From Octopus sinensis (taxonomy: Eukaryota): DNA of 64,000 bases. The position numbers were made by a program, and so were the translations under genes. The stretch covers positions 66,154,001-66,218,000 of the forward strand of contig NC_043004.1 of the NCBI RefSeq assembly GCF_006345805.1, read 5' to 3'. Positions 12,191-28,712 of the stretch are shown piece by piece. A model generated the notes under the pieces. The model was not told the DNA's origin, ran no database searches, and was given only the letters and a program-made list of their open reading frames with translations. Position 1 is the stretch's first letter; every line of letters begins with the position of its first letter.

Positions 12191-12874
12191 CATAGAAGTT
12201 GTGGATACATAAGGAAATAACTAAATATTCATCTCTGCTTTGCATGATTCGAATATCTATTTTAACGACTGAGGTCATATTAGATCCACTTAAACTAAAC
12301 GCTATTGTTGTATCAACTGGGCTATCATCAGCTATTAAGTAAAGATATATCCTGTTGGACATTTGCTAAAGTTTGATGCACAAACTCAGTTGTCCCTATT
12401 TTATAGATTAAACAAACATCCATTCTTACTTGCAGAAAGTAGCTCCGGTGGTGTTTCATCGAGGAGAACGGCAATAGAGTGAAACAGAGGAGGTGCACAA
12501 TACTCACGGCTATCGAATACATATTTAAGGATAAGCGATGAATATCAGGGTCAAGCAGAGCAGGCGATGTTTAGTTACGTGTGGAAGTTGATAAGGGTCA
12601 GAAGATATGAGGTTTGAAATTAGTGTTGCCATTATGATCATCATAATTACTATAACTTCAGCGATTTCATGCAAGTAACTGCTTTAAGTGACCTTTACAT
12701 GAAGCATCCGTGGATACAGAATGAAAAGATTTTGTCTGTTCAGCAAAGACTTCACCTTTTTCTCGAGCGCAGAGTACAAATGTGCTTACGTATATTCGTG
12801 CATACATTCATAAATATATACATCCATACTTGTATATATACATACGTACATACGTAAGTACATATATACATACA

Positions 12875-13530
12875 TCACAACAGACTTAATATGATAATTT
12901 GGGATTGAGAAGAGAAACTTACACAGTTGTGGAAATTACCTGCCTTGCAGATGCTAACAACATATAGCTGAAGGTCAGTGAAAAAGAGAACACCTTTGCT
13001 GAACTATGGAGAAATCTGCAGTTACTCTATGCAGATTACAAGTTCAGAAAAGAAGAAACCAGAAAGAAGAATGGACAACGCTAATCCGAATGCTACAGAT
13101 CCAATCCATCACTGGAACTGGAAGAAAATGTAAAACTTTCCAGAAGTTAATCATTTAAATATATATAAGCATATCGAGATATGCAACTATATGCATGGAC
13201 ATAGATACACAAAACAAAAAATCCGCACAAACATGCATACATACATACATACATACATACATACATACATACATACATACACACATACATACATACATAC
13301 ATACATACACACATACATACATACATACATACATACATACATACATACATACATACATACATACATTGCATACATTACATACATACATACATACATACTT
13401 ACAGACATACAGACAAAAACACCCTGTTGCTGATGTTGAAATTCCAATGAAGGAGTCTTGGATCTAGGGTAGAAACCGATTATTTCTCTATTGGCAAGAA
13501 ATCTTGAAATAAACTGAATAATGACATACA
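12875..13530 (+). mobile_element. RLE-type LINE 3' fragment with (ATAC)n expansion in the 3' UTR
   Basis: HNR..MIIWD..VVEITCLAD..KVSEKENTFAEL.RNLQLLY..YKF; same family and 3' UTR motif (gaaaccg) as 59200-60200. Confidence 0.65.
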
Positions 13531-14009
13531 CACATAGCTATTTCCATGCGTACATACATAAAGGCAATGATATTAAATACCTAAAAATCCATTCCTTAGA
13601 GAATTTAAAAAGCAAATCAAATCTTAAATAATAATAAAATAATAATAAATATCCAGCAAATTTTCCCGATAATGTGCAATTACTTATAATTCTCATATTT
13701 GAATCCAATTTGGCACAACCAGAGGCAAGGAAGCAATTAGTTCACATCTCAAACAAATTCGTTTTAGACCTGTAGCATTATTGATATATATCCTTTAAAG
13801 ATAGTAACGATATTGATTAAGATAAAGGAAAGTATTTTAAGGATATCGATTGAGAGCATGTATTTTAAAGATATTGATTAATTCTTCAGTTAGTATTTTA
13901 TATATCAAGAGGCCTAATCTAACTGTACTTTCATAAGAGTACAATACATTACGAAATATTTCTAACACTTCGAAAAATATTAGAATAAGCGTATTCCTTT
14001 CTTTTCTTT

Positions 14010-14710
14010 TCACTTTCTGCAGTCATTTGACTGTGGTCGTGCTGGAGCACCGCCTTTAGTCGAACAAATCAACCCCAGGACTTATTCTTTGTAAGCGTAC
14101 CACTTATTCTATCTGTCCCTTTTGCCAAACCGCTAATTTACGTGGGACGTAAACTTACCAACATCGGTTGTCAAGCAATGATGGCGGCACAAACTTAAAC
14201 ATATAAACGCACACACATATATATATACTTTCAATAATAATAAAGGGTAAAATTAATTAATTAATTTTAATTAATATTTTTATCAAGTAGTTGGGTATGT
14301 TAAAAGAATATTTATTGGTAACCTTATACAAAAATTCTATAATTATAAGCATAATAATAATTAGGGTTCAGCAAATTGCTTCATCACATAACAAAATTTA
14401 GAAATAGCAGTTACATACTATTCCTCTACCATACGATATCTCCCAGACTCCCAATACTCTTAATTCACGTAGGTAAAGGAATTAAGAGTATTGCTGTCTG
14501 GGAGATACCTTTTATAGTAGAGTAGTCGTATTTAACTGCTATTTCTGTATGTGGTGAAGCAATTTACTGAACCCTAATTATTATTATGCGTATAATTATA
14601 GAATGTTTGTATATATATATATATATATATACGATGGCCTTCTTTCTGTTTCCATCTACCAAATCCACTCATAAGGTTTTGATTGGCTTGAGGCTAAAGT
14701 AGAAGACACC
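14010..14710 (-). mobile_element. Composite SINE (family A) interrupted by a palindromic insert and truncated next to a Helitron
   Basis: Tail cagtcatttgactg...gttgtcaagc at 14020-14180; head end tacgatggccttctttc...ctaccaaatccactc at 14630-14710. Confidence 0.8.
14325..14613. repeat. Fold-back palindrome, arms about 14325-14466 and 14479-14613, 12 nt spacer
   Basis: attagggttcagcaaattgcttcatcacata / tatgtggtgaagcaatttactgaaccctaat and caatactcttaattc / gaattaagagtattg. Confidence 0.92.
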
Positions 14711-14732
14711 CACCCACCCACACACACACACA

Positions 14733-16179
14733 TCTGTAACAATAAATGCGAAAGCGAATGTGAGTGTGTCACACATTTTCAACTTTACTCCTCCGACACC
14801 CTCTCTCACTATTCAATGACACTTCTACTATTCCTCAAGCTTTATTCCCTCTGTTATTATTCAATGACACCCCTACTATTCCACATGCTTTCCCTCTCTC
14901 TCACTATTCAATGACACTTCGAACTGTGTAAAGTAACTTTAACCATAACGCATGCTTCTTAACGTTCGGAACTGAGATACGTATTGAACTCACTCTTTTC
15001 TACAATATTGCATCTCATAAATCTCTACCATAAAAATGTTTCCAGATATTAATAAAATTTGTCGGACTTATTTTCAAGCCGTCGGAGCTATGGTAACTCA
15101 GCGGACACCGACTGGATGAAAATAGATTCGACTGATTTTATTATTACCTTAAAAAATACTAATTCTACTCTCTTAAAACAGTTTCTTTTTTAATCCTAAC
15201 ATTATGAAAAAATATGTCTCAAAATATTATAAATGTATGAAATAAGTTAACCATAACACTACTGTCTAAAATATTTTTTGTTAATCCTAACGTTTTGAAA
15301 AAAGCATTTCTCTAAATATTACAACTGTTTCCAAAAGTAATTTCCAAGAAAAACATTTTGGAAAAATCTTTCTCTAAATATATCTATATCAAGTGCTTCA
15401 TAAAGTTCGGAACTGAAATACGTATTGAACTCATTCTATCATACATTATTACCTCTCATCACTCTCTGCCATAAAATGTTGGAAACTTAGTATTTTTTCA
15501 GATATCATTATATTTGTCGGACTTATTTTCATGCCGTCGGGCGTCGGAGCTATGAAAACTGAGAGCACTGCGACTGCATGAAAATAGATGCTGCTAATTT
15601 TATTATTACCATAAGAGAATATTGAAAATACTAAATTTCAAAATTTTTATGGTCAAATACGTTTAGAGCAATTCCATACCATAAAAAATTGCCCTTTCAA
15701 ATAACGTTCAGTGTCAGAGGTATAATTTTCCTTCAAACTAGGAAAAGGAGTTTTGATCCGTACCAGCTACTTGAAACAATTGTTTGTACGAAAAGTAAGG
15801 CCCTACTTACACCAAATTATTCTTAAATTAAGTGGCGGCAAAATAATTATCGTTGAACTTTTAAAAGGTAAGTATATTGTTGCCTAAGGCTGGCTATATA
15901 TTGCTTGTTCAAGTGTAGAGGAACAAATTATTTGTACTGACAACGAATGGGAAGACAATAAATATTGTTTATCATGCAGCGTTGCAATAAGATCCAAGAC
16001 GAAAAATTATGTCATTGTTTCGATGAAAGGTTTTCATTGCTTGAAATATATTATTCGAGTTTAATAGAATTTGATATGTACTCAATGAATAAAGAGTAAT
16101 TGTTGGGCCCAAGTCCCAATGAAACGTCCTACATAGGAGCCATCTTAAAACCCGCCCGTCAGGGTGAAGTTTAAGCTAG
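14733..16179 (+). mobile_element. Non-autonomous Helitron with Pif1 helicase C-terminal remnant and internal duplications
   Basis: A|TC start (tctgtaacaataaatgcgaaag); CTAG|T end preceded by an imperfect GC hairpin cgcccgtcagggtg; LYIACS..LFV..GKTINIVYHAALQ* at about 15890-15990; repeats at 14790-14920 and 14950-15150 versus 15395-15610. Confidence 0.8.
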
Positions 16180-16270
16180 TACATACATATATTTCTATTT
16201 GTAGGTTAACAAGGGTACCAAATATTTCATATAAGAGAAAACACTCAGTGAAATGCATTCAGCACTTGTG

Positions 16271-16348
16271 GAGGGAACACAACCAGTTGTACATTATCCC
16301 ATCTGCAAAGAGGGAACACAAACAGTTGTACATTATCCCATCTGCAAA
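16271..16348. repeat. Two-copy 39 bp tandem repeat
   Basis: gagggaacacaa(c/a)cagttgtacattatcccatctgcaaa x2, one mismatch. Confidence 0.95.
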
Positions 16349-16975
16349 GGACATATGCACAATGTATTGCTGAAAGTTTTTTCGTGTCCTTGCAAGCTCC
16401 AATTTACATCTCCCTCATTCATTATACATATATGTAGAAAGAGAAAGAGAAACAGAATGCTCACGGATTTTTTAAAAATATGAGGCACAAATTTGCATGT
16501 GTAGATTGTCAATATGACGTTCTCTATATTACGCCTTTTAGCTGAATTGAAGGACCTTCTTCACAGATTCGAGGAAAATATATCAGGACACTAACGAACG
16601 GGAAAGATAATTCACCACCTGAACACAACTAGATATTCGAAAATTTGATTCAATGGTAGCAAAGTTGCATCCCTTGTGTTGTTTGATTAGGTAATAGCTT
16701 TCTTCAGAATTCATCTAGTAACATAAAAGTTTTGAACTGCGATTATTTATCTAAAATTTATGCTCAATTTTGCAACATCTTGGAAGAACCCACGTGTTTC
16801 TGTGAGTGTATATACATATATATAAAAACAGAGATATGCATATGCATACATTAAGAAGCCTTATGTATACATTGATTCAGTACATGTATGTACACCCATT
16901 TGTATACTCGTATACACATATTTATATTTGTGCACACACACATATATATATATATAATATATATATTTGTGCACA

Positions 16976-17037
<62 letters not shown>

Positions 17038-17098
17038 ATATATTATATATATACAGATGCATTTATATGTACATGAATGTAAATGCTTTTATTTATAC

Positions 17099-17135
<37 letters not shown>

Positions 17136-17681
17136 TATACAGGCGTACCGAAATCATATGCATTCCAGCGCACCGACTTATAGTTTATAAATATGTATAT
17201 AAATATGTCAGTTTTTCGAATCATGCAAAGGATTGCTTTGCATGATTCTCAGCTAAATATGTGTGAATATGTCTGAATATATAGGGGAGTGTTTACACAG
17301 CCCTTTGTGTATTGTCGTGACGTTCAACATTAATTTATTCCAAGAGATATGGGCATTAAAACCTGACATAAAAAAATGAAAGGAAATATTATAAAGTAAA
17401 AATAAATAAAACTTGTCTAAAACATCTACCTTCCAGGAATATTTATCAACTGTAGATTTTCTATAATCTTCACAATCCTCTGCTAACAATCTCACCTCAT
17501 TTCTTTTCCTTCTCTTCATTCTAATCGATATCTCGTTTTTTGATTTCTGAATTTTGATCTTGATTTTGTTATGTATTTTTGATTTTGGTCGTTATTCGTT
17601 ATTCTTGCTGTCAGGGTTCTCTTTTCTTTTGTGTACGTCTGTGAATGTATGGAAAAGTGTGTGTGAGTATGTGTGTATATA

Positions 17682-20682
<3,001 letters not shown>

Positions 20683-21847
20683 TGTATGCATGTGTGATTG
20701 TGTGCGTGAGAGAGTATGTATGCATGTGTGTTTTTGTGTGTGAGAGAGAGTAGAGTGATAGAAAGAAGAACAGATAGACAGACAGAGAGTAGAAATATTT
20801 TTATTACTCCTATTCTAATTGCAGAATCCGAATATATCTTCCTGAAAGTAATATTACTTTCATACGAGTGAAAAATAATATTCCACACAACATATATTTA
20901 TATATCCATAGCCTAACGTAGATATTTAACAATCGATAGTAAAGGTTTATCAAATTGAGATTTTACAGGAATTGAGAATCCTCAGAAAATTTTCAGAGAT
21001 TGTGGAGGATTCTCCATAAATAAAATAATAATTGAAGAAATAGATAAAAATAGATAACGCAAATTGTAGAAGAAAGTAAATATTATTTGAGTATATTCTG
21101 ATGATAGAGGAATATAGACAAAAATTTTAGAAGTTCATAGAAAATGATATAGTATTAAAACGAATCTTCGAAATACATATAGATAATGCCGAATGCGGAT
21201 ATAAGCTTACAAAGTATGTTTTCAATGTCTCAGATTCTCCCTTCCTCTCTCTCACTCTCGCTCTCCTTCTCTCTCTCTCCTTCTCTGCCTCTCCATATTT
21301 ATATATAAATTTACATATTTGTTGTTGTTTTTTTTAAACCGAAGTCGATATATTGTATTCATATGCAATATCCTCGCTTGTTTAATGCACGTGTCTTTTC
21401 AATTATTATAGAAAAACCCTCACAGACACGGACACACACACTCACAAGCACACACATGCACACACATGTGTATATGTAAGAGTATGGGTGTATATGCGTT
21501 TGTATATACGCCTGTATGTATAAAGGTATACTTGTATGTATGCGTCTATATGTATATGACTGCTTATATATATGGTATTATACATTGTATACCATATATA
21601 CATACATTCATTCATACACACACACACGCACACACATACACACACACACAAACACACACACATATATATATATAGAGAGAGAGATGGTGCAGTCATGTCT
21701 TCTTTACACTAAACATACTGCTAAGAATCTAAATAATTATTCTGTAATACAGCATGGAAAACAATAACATTCAATAGATACGTACATACATGTATTTTCG
21801 CGCAAACATATTCATTCATACACACACGCACACTCACACACCCATAT

Positions 21848-21886
<39 letters not shown>

Positions 21887-21906
21887 CTGTTTATTTCGTC
21901 ATATAC

Positions 21907-21942
21907 CTTTCTGCTGAAGAGCGTAGGCTCAAAACGCAAAAG
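21907..21942 (+). ncRNA. Decayed minimal hammerhead-like motif in a short pLTR-like insert (about 21888-22035)
   Basis: cttt-CTGCTGA-a-gagc gtag gctc-AAAAC-GCA-aaag, colinear with 63172-63208 but with core changes at positions 6, 12 and 16.1. Confidence 0.5.
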
Positions 21943-22030
21943 ACTTTCTCACTTTACCGAGCGTTAAAAATGCACCTGCTTCTTTTTCATGCATCGGTCT
22001 TCGTCTTTTGTTTTTTCTATAAATTTCAAT

Positions 22031-22109
<79 letters not shown>

Positions 22110-22137
22110 CGGGGTGAGTACTTGATAATTATAAGCA

Positions 22138-22192
<55 letters not shown>

Positions 22193-25189
22193 AGTCCGAG
22201 ATAACAATGAGAGCATTGTTTCAAATCTGCCCATATAAATTCTTTGAACTACAACTTTTAACTGCCAAATTGTTCTTTCATAAGGTATAATTGGAAAGTT
22301 ATAATTTGGAAAGATGGAACTTATTGTGATGCATTTAAGAAATTCCCCGTGATTGAACATAACATATTCACAACCGGTTGTGTACATATTTTTCCTGAAA
22401 GCGTTTCTTCATATTTAAGCTCAATAACGAGAAACGTAAATGTATCTGAAATATCATAATATATGCATAAAGTAGCGAGCTGGCAGAAGCTTTAGCATGT
22501 CGGCCGGTATGCTTGGCGGCCTTTTGTCCTTTTTCCCATTCTGATGTCATATTCTTCTGAGGCTCACTTATGTACCTCCTCGAACTTGCTGGAGGAAGAG
22601 GATAAGTCGACTACATCCACTCCAGTACTCAGCTCGTACTTTTTTATCGACCACGAATAGACGAAGAGCAAAGTTGGCCTCGGAAGAAAAGACATTCTTA
22701 TTATTATCAAACTTTTAAACTATATTAAGAATGCAGCCTATGGTAACTGGTCGCCGAACATTACATGAAAGAAAGATACATGGGAAATATTTCGTTTATC
22801 TTAATATCTCGGCAAATAGTTTCTCTGAGTCATTTAATATCGAAAACACAATACGAAGTATAACAAGTGAGGTAACTACGACAATATATGTATGCAGAAG
22901 TCACAAAACGACACAGAAAGACCAAAGAGGGTTGAATCTAGTCTTCAAAATTAAGTAGTGAGAGCATCTTATATCATCATAATGAATGATATTCTACAAA
23001 ATAGGAAAGACGGAGGCTATAAATAAATAGTAATGTTGATGATTATAATAATATATAAACTTTATGCATCATAAAACTAATCATTACAATTTAATGTATA
23101 GGGACTATATCATCTTCTTTAAGAAATCGGGCTATATTTTGGTTTGATTTTATTACAGTCATTTATTAAAATGAAAACTTGACATAAGTGTATTTTGACG
23201 CAAAAAACATAAAATTGACACCGAGTACATTTTCTACTGCAAATATATATTTATATAATGGTTAATGTAAACTGTGCTGCACTGATGGAAAGTAATCTTT
23301 AATATTTTCTTCTTCGCTGGAAGATAATGGATTCGAGCTTTATCAAAGAGCAGCAATAACACATTCCATTTTTGTCCTGACAATGTAACAACGAAAAAAT
23401 GTAAAGTACATAAGGAAATAACGTACACTATTTAATTTCTATCCAATATATTTAGTCTCCAAATCTTGTTGCTGTCTACTTTGGATTCCACCTTTCATGT
23501 ATCGATAGAATATGTATAACTATTTTTATACCTTCATTTGATTAAATAATTTGTGTTACACCTTCTAAAGAAGTTATCATGCATATTCAGATGAAATCAA
23601 TAAATAGATACATGTTTCTGTAAGAATTGTATTCTTTGATCTTACAATTATTTTCTATTATATCTCTTTATTTTACATGCTTATTTTACATGCATTTCAT
23701 TTGTACAATACTGCTCGCCTTTATCAATTTTAATATTTTCTTCAAAAATCTATTTCTTTTTCGTTTGCGACTTTACCCCTTTCCTATTTTTTTCAAATTT
23801 CCCAAGCCTTTTTTCAGTTTTCCCTTTGTGAGTAATTTTTACTTCTTTCATTGATTTCATATTTAAGGTAAAAAAAAAAGGTTAAAACAACAGATTGCTT
23901 GAAATGTCTTATATTGATAAACTCCATAACAGTACATGAATCCTCGTTTGTCATTGATTCTTCCATGAATGATGTACGAAATACCATACACTGAGGCGAG
24001 AGACCTATTACGCTTGTGACGAATTCATCTGTTGTGATACGAGACGGCTTTCAGATGTTGCTTGAACCGCAAAAACTGTAAGTATGGTGCTAATTTTATT
24101 AATAACTTTGACGAAAATAAAATAACCAATAAAAGTTGTAAGGCAGTGGAGGTTGTATGTACACAAGAACAAAAATCTCAAGGATACACAGACACACACA
24201 TGCACGCAGGGACACACACTGTACTGTTCCGTGATAGAAAATTCAACAAAAATAGTACTCCATCTAGTGAAAGATAACTAATATTTATGTAATGGGTACA
24301 GTACAAGTATTTAAGCGCTACTAATAGTTTCATATGTTGCGAAATACTCAAGCATATTCTTCAGGTGCAGACCACATCATGACGAACTAAAAAACAATTG
24401 AGAAGGCAGCATATAGAAGAAGCAGAAAGAAAACCTGGAGAATAATAAGTAAAAAATAGAAAGGTGAATGAACTATCCTCCTGAGACCTGAAGTGGAAAG
24501 GCTGGAAAGATATCCTCTTAGTTAGGTATAGGTAGATTTTTCCAGTTCTTTAAAATATATTTATACAAATGCTTGCAACTAAGGAAAATTTCAGACCTAG
24601 TGTTCAATACGAAGTTAGGGATCTTAGAGCAGAAGAGGATTTGCGCTCTTCCAGCTAAACAAAGCCTACATTTCCTCTATCCATTCACATAAGTTATGGA
24701 TTTCTCAATTAATTTCCATTTAATCATATGCAGTGTTTCGGTATCTTTCCAAGTTCATACGTAGCTAGCCAAATTAGTAGTCTTGCGTTTGACCCTATGC
24801 CGGGAGGAGGCTATGTGATTGGCATAGCGAGTTTTAAATTCACCCTCACATCATCCAATATAGCCCTTCTTGTTGTATTATTATTATTTAGAGTTGTATT
24901 AAATTCTACCTCACATCCGTCAGATTTAATCGTACATCATTGGTCAAGTCGACAGGATCGTGGGTCGCGACAGTTGCAACTGGATTTAGGTACTTGGCAT
25001 TGACCACGTATAATGATACTCTTTATGAGACATATATGTCATAAATATTATATATATATACATATAAATATATATATATATACATATATCCAACGCGCTT
25101 CTTTCGGTTTCCCTTTACTAAATCCAGTGATCAGCCTGAGGCTAGCGTAGAAGATACTTTTTCAAGGTCCCACTGAGAATGCCTTGGAA

Positions 25190-26480
25190 AAATATGTTGC
25201 CTCGAATCAATGGTGGATCAGTAACATCGTCCCAGTGCTAATGAAGAGAGCTCTCTCTAACACCAACTGGATGGGCATCTGAGCGATGTCACTTGTGGCA
25301 ATGACCCCCAGCAGGATGATTTTTAACAGGATCCAGCTCGAGATGGGGAAGAAGTTCAAGGAAAAGCAGAATGGCATGAGAGAGCGGAAATCAGCCATCA
25401 GTCGTATTCTAACTCTGAATATGTTACTACAGGGGACTACGGCAAAGAGTATTTTTGCGGTCATGGTTTTCGTTGACTTTAGTAAGGCCTTTGATTCTGC
25501 GGGCCGTCGCTATTTGATAAAGATCTTCCAGGCTTATGGATTCTCCAAGAAGATAGTGGGCCTGATAACACTGCTCTACAACAACATCAGAGCACCTGAC
25601 GGGAAGTCGGTGTTCTTTGAGTTACTGGTTGGAGTGCACCAGGGAGATACATCGGCTTCCTACTATGGCTCAGAAGAGAAGGATCAAATCTAAAGAGATA
25701 TCAGATGCTGAATTTGACGACGACATAATTCTGGTGACAAACACAGTGATTGAGGCAGACGGGTTAATGCAGAAGATGAATGAAATGCTGAAAATGAATG
25801 AGATTAATAGGAAGTATCTGGTAGAAAAATTAAGAAGCTAGAGAAGATTATGAAAGTAGGCTGGAAGCTAGTAGAGTTGGTTGAGGATTTCCTGGATATG
25901 AGAGCCAGGATTGGCAAAACAGAGGGAGATATAGTTGAGATGAAGAGCAAAACTTTGGCGGCAGTTTGAGATCTGCTACAGTTACAGATCTGCATGGAAG
26001 TCGGACCTTCGTAAAGACCTGCAGATCCGTCTCTTCGTTGCTGCAGTGCAGTCTGTGTTGTTGTACGGGTCTGAGATTTGAGCACTGACCAAGAAACTCA
26101 CCCTATTGGTGAATGGGTGCTACACGAGAGTGTCGTGGATGACTCTGAACATTAATCAGTATAAACTGAGGATGAAGAACTCAGAGCTGTACGAAAGCGT
26201 CCCAAAAGTTAGCTCGAAAATAACAAAGAGGGGACTGGGGTTAGCTGGACATGTTCACTGACATTCAGAGTTGATACTACAATCAGTGCTCCTGTGGGAG
26301 CCCCTACATGGACACAGAAGAAGAGTGAGACCGAGGATGACCTATGTCGATGCGTTGAGGATGATCTATGTCACTGCCCTAAGGGTAGACACGGGTCTAT
26401 GGGAAACAGCGGACATGACAGCAATGATGAGGGACATAGACCGCTGGACAGAACTCGTCCATGGGTCCCATGAATTCTAT
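25190..26480 (+). mobile_element. Decayed RTE-clade LINE RT and C-terminal fragment
   Basis: FVDFSKAFDS, GVHQGDT, EFDDDI, LFVAAVQSVLLYGSE, LAGHV, WEPLHGHRRRVRPRMTYVD; multiple stops and deletions. Confidence 0.85.
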
Positions 26481-28663
26481 CCGCTCGAGATAGTTATATT
26501 TGTGTGAGTCTGTGTGTGTGTACGAATCTGGTCGTATGTACGTGTTTCGGAGTACAACAAAGCCTTGTCATACATCAGACATTTCTGTATTGCTCGAAAA
26601 GTATTATATGGCAACTAAGTTTTCGACGCAAAAAAGATCCCTCTGAAATTCAGTTAATGACGTAGTCGATGAAAATGACGCTGGTACTTGTCTGTCTGAC
26701 ACTTGAAATGAAAGAAGAAATGTGAAATTGAGCTCGATGGAAGGTGTCTGTTATAACACCATGATGTGACTAAGATATAACATGTTTTTGATTGCGCATC
26801 TATGAATGTTGCAGGTTACTGAGATTTATTCGGCAGAGTTTCTAGCATAGGGATATACCGAAAAACTTTTGTTGGGGGAGATTCTAAATCTGATTGATCC
26901 CAGTTCTATATATTATTTTATCGGCGTCTGAGAAAATAAAATGCAGCACCTACGTCGGTGGTCTTCGAATTTAAACATAAAGAGCCTGAAAAATCCTGCA
27001 AGTTGTTTTCCCCGACGTTCTCATACAACTACCATTGACAGCTCTTGTAGACAAGTGGGGCATACTTACATTTGATGCAAGCATACAACTGGTAATTTTA
27101 TGGGGAGATGGTTTATCGATTAAATAAAATTCGGTATTTGACTTATACTTTATTGAACACAGAGGAACGAAAACAAATATGATGTTAGACGGCTTTTAAC
27201 TTAGAACTTCAAGAGCCGTAACTAAATATCGAAAGACATTACTGTTCGACCCTCTTGCGATACTGCCAATAGGCCACCAATGAATACATGGCATAATGTG
27301 AAGAATTAGCTTGTTTCAGACCTACTTCAGCACATCTATAATCAAGGTAATCCAAGATAAATATCCTCCTAATGTTTTCGCCTATTGAGTGTGATAATAT
27401 TTGAGAGGAGTGTTCATTCTATGTCTGGTATAGCCTTATAACATCCATGTAGATAATTCCTCAATGGTTCGTTACGTTGTTCTAATACTAAATGGCGATT
27501 AGTAAGGGGCACTGGAGAATCAGACGACGGGTTTCTAGTTCATGTACCCTATTGGAATACAGTTTCTCCCCTACTTTCATTCATATGGCTTCTCTATAAA
27601 CAAGTGCTAATTTTATACGATTTGTATTCCCTACAAATTATTGTCCTTATGCGAAAGTAAGAAATCAATATTTTGAAATTCTAATCCAAAATATGCTTCT
27701 CGATATTTGAAAAGCTGCTGTTATTGTATACTGCTATTATACATAACTGAATACATTAAAATTTTCCCTTGTGATGTTCAACATTCACCGACCCCTATGA
27801 ACATATTTATGGTAGCATAAATAGATTATGCACACTACAGAGTTTTAATAAAAATGGATTATATTTCCTGTGAAAGTCAATTTGAATTTCAAAATATTAT
27901 TATGAGCTTCATGGTTATCATTTTCCAGCGAACTGGGAATAAATGAAAACTGACGTTTACGACACCCGGGAAACCAATAATAGGAACATCTCTTAAATCA
28001 AGTATACAAATCCGTCCCACCTTTTAAAATAAAAACAAATTCGATAAAGTTGTGTAAATTTATGTTCGTAAAATGAAGTGAAGCGATTCTAATATAGAGT
28101 TGAAGCCTTCATTGATTTTACAAGTAATGTGTGTGGTGAAGTATGAATGCCACCGCGGAACAATAAATAATTTCTATACTGTAGATTCCAAGTCAATGAT
28201 TGCCAGTTTAGTTAAAATATTTATCGGAAGATTATGCTACGTTCTCTTTAAGATTCACCGTGTTTAATTTTACGATTGATTATAGAAAGGTGGTTTATTT
28301 GATGTGATGGAAAGTTACTGGGGAAAGAAAATAAAAAAATCCACCGAGATTAACTTGAAATGGCAAGTTTAAGATATAACGTTATGCATTATATATATTT
28401 GTATGTATATTTATATGTATGCATATGTATATATATATATATGCATATATGTGTATATATGTGTAAATATATGTATGTAAATTTATATATGTATATATAT
28501 GTATATTATATATATATATATATATATATGCGTATATATATATATATATATACATATATATATACATATACATAATTTTTTTTATATATACAAACATATA
28601 TGTATATATGTATATATATGTATATATATATATGTTATATATATATGTATATGCATATATATG

Positions 28664-28712
<49 letters not shown>

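Noticed and set aside
12420-12500. Splice-acceptor-like ttcttacttgcag as a host exon start
   Set aside because: No convincing donor or recognisable peptide.
14790-14920. Three spaced short repeats (tattcaatgacac) resembling a CRISPR array
   Set aside because: The spacers resemble each other, the context is eukaryotic and there are no cas genes; it is a minisatellite inside a Helitron.
22190-22440. Possible GIY-YIG remnant near the 21907 motif
   Set aside because: No recognisable motif in manual translation.
24380-24960. Possible Penelope RT remnant on the minus strand (..ELGKIPKH..)
   Set aside because: Only a few residues resemble the motif; a translated HMM search is needed.
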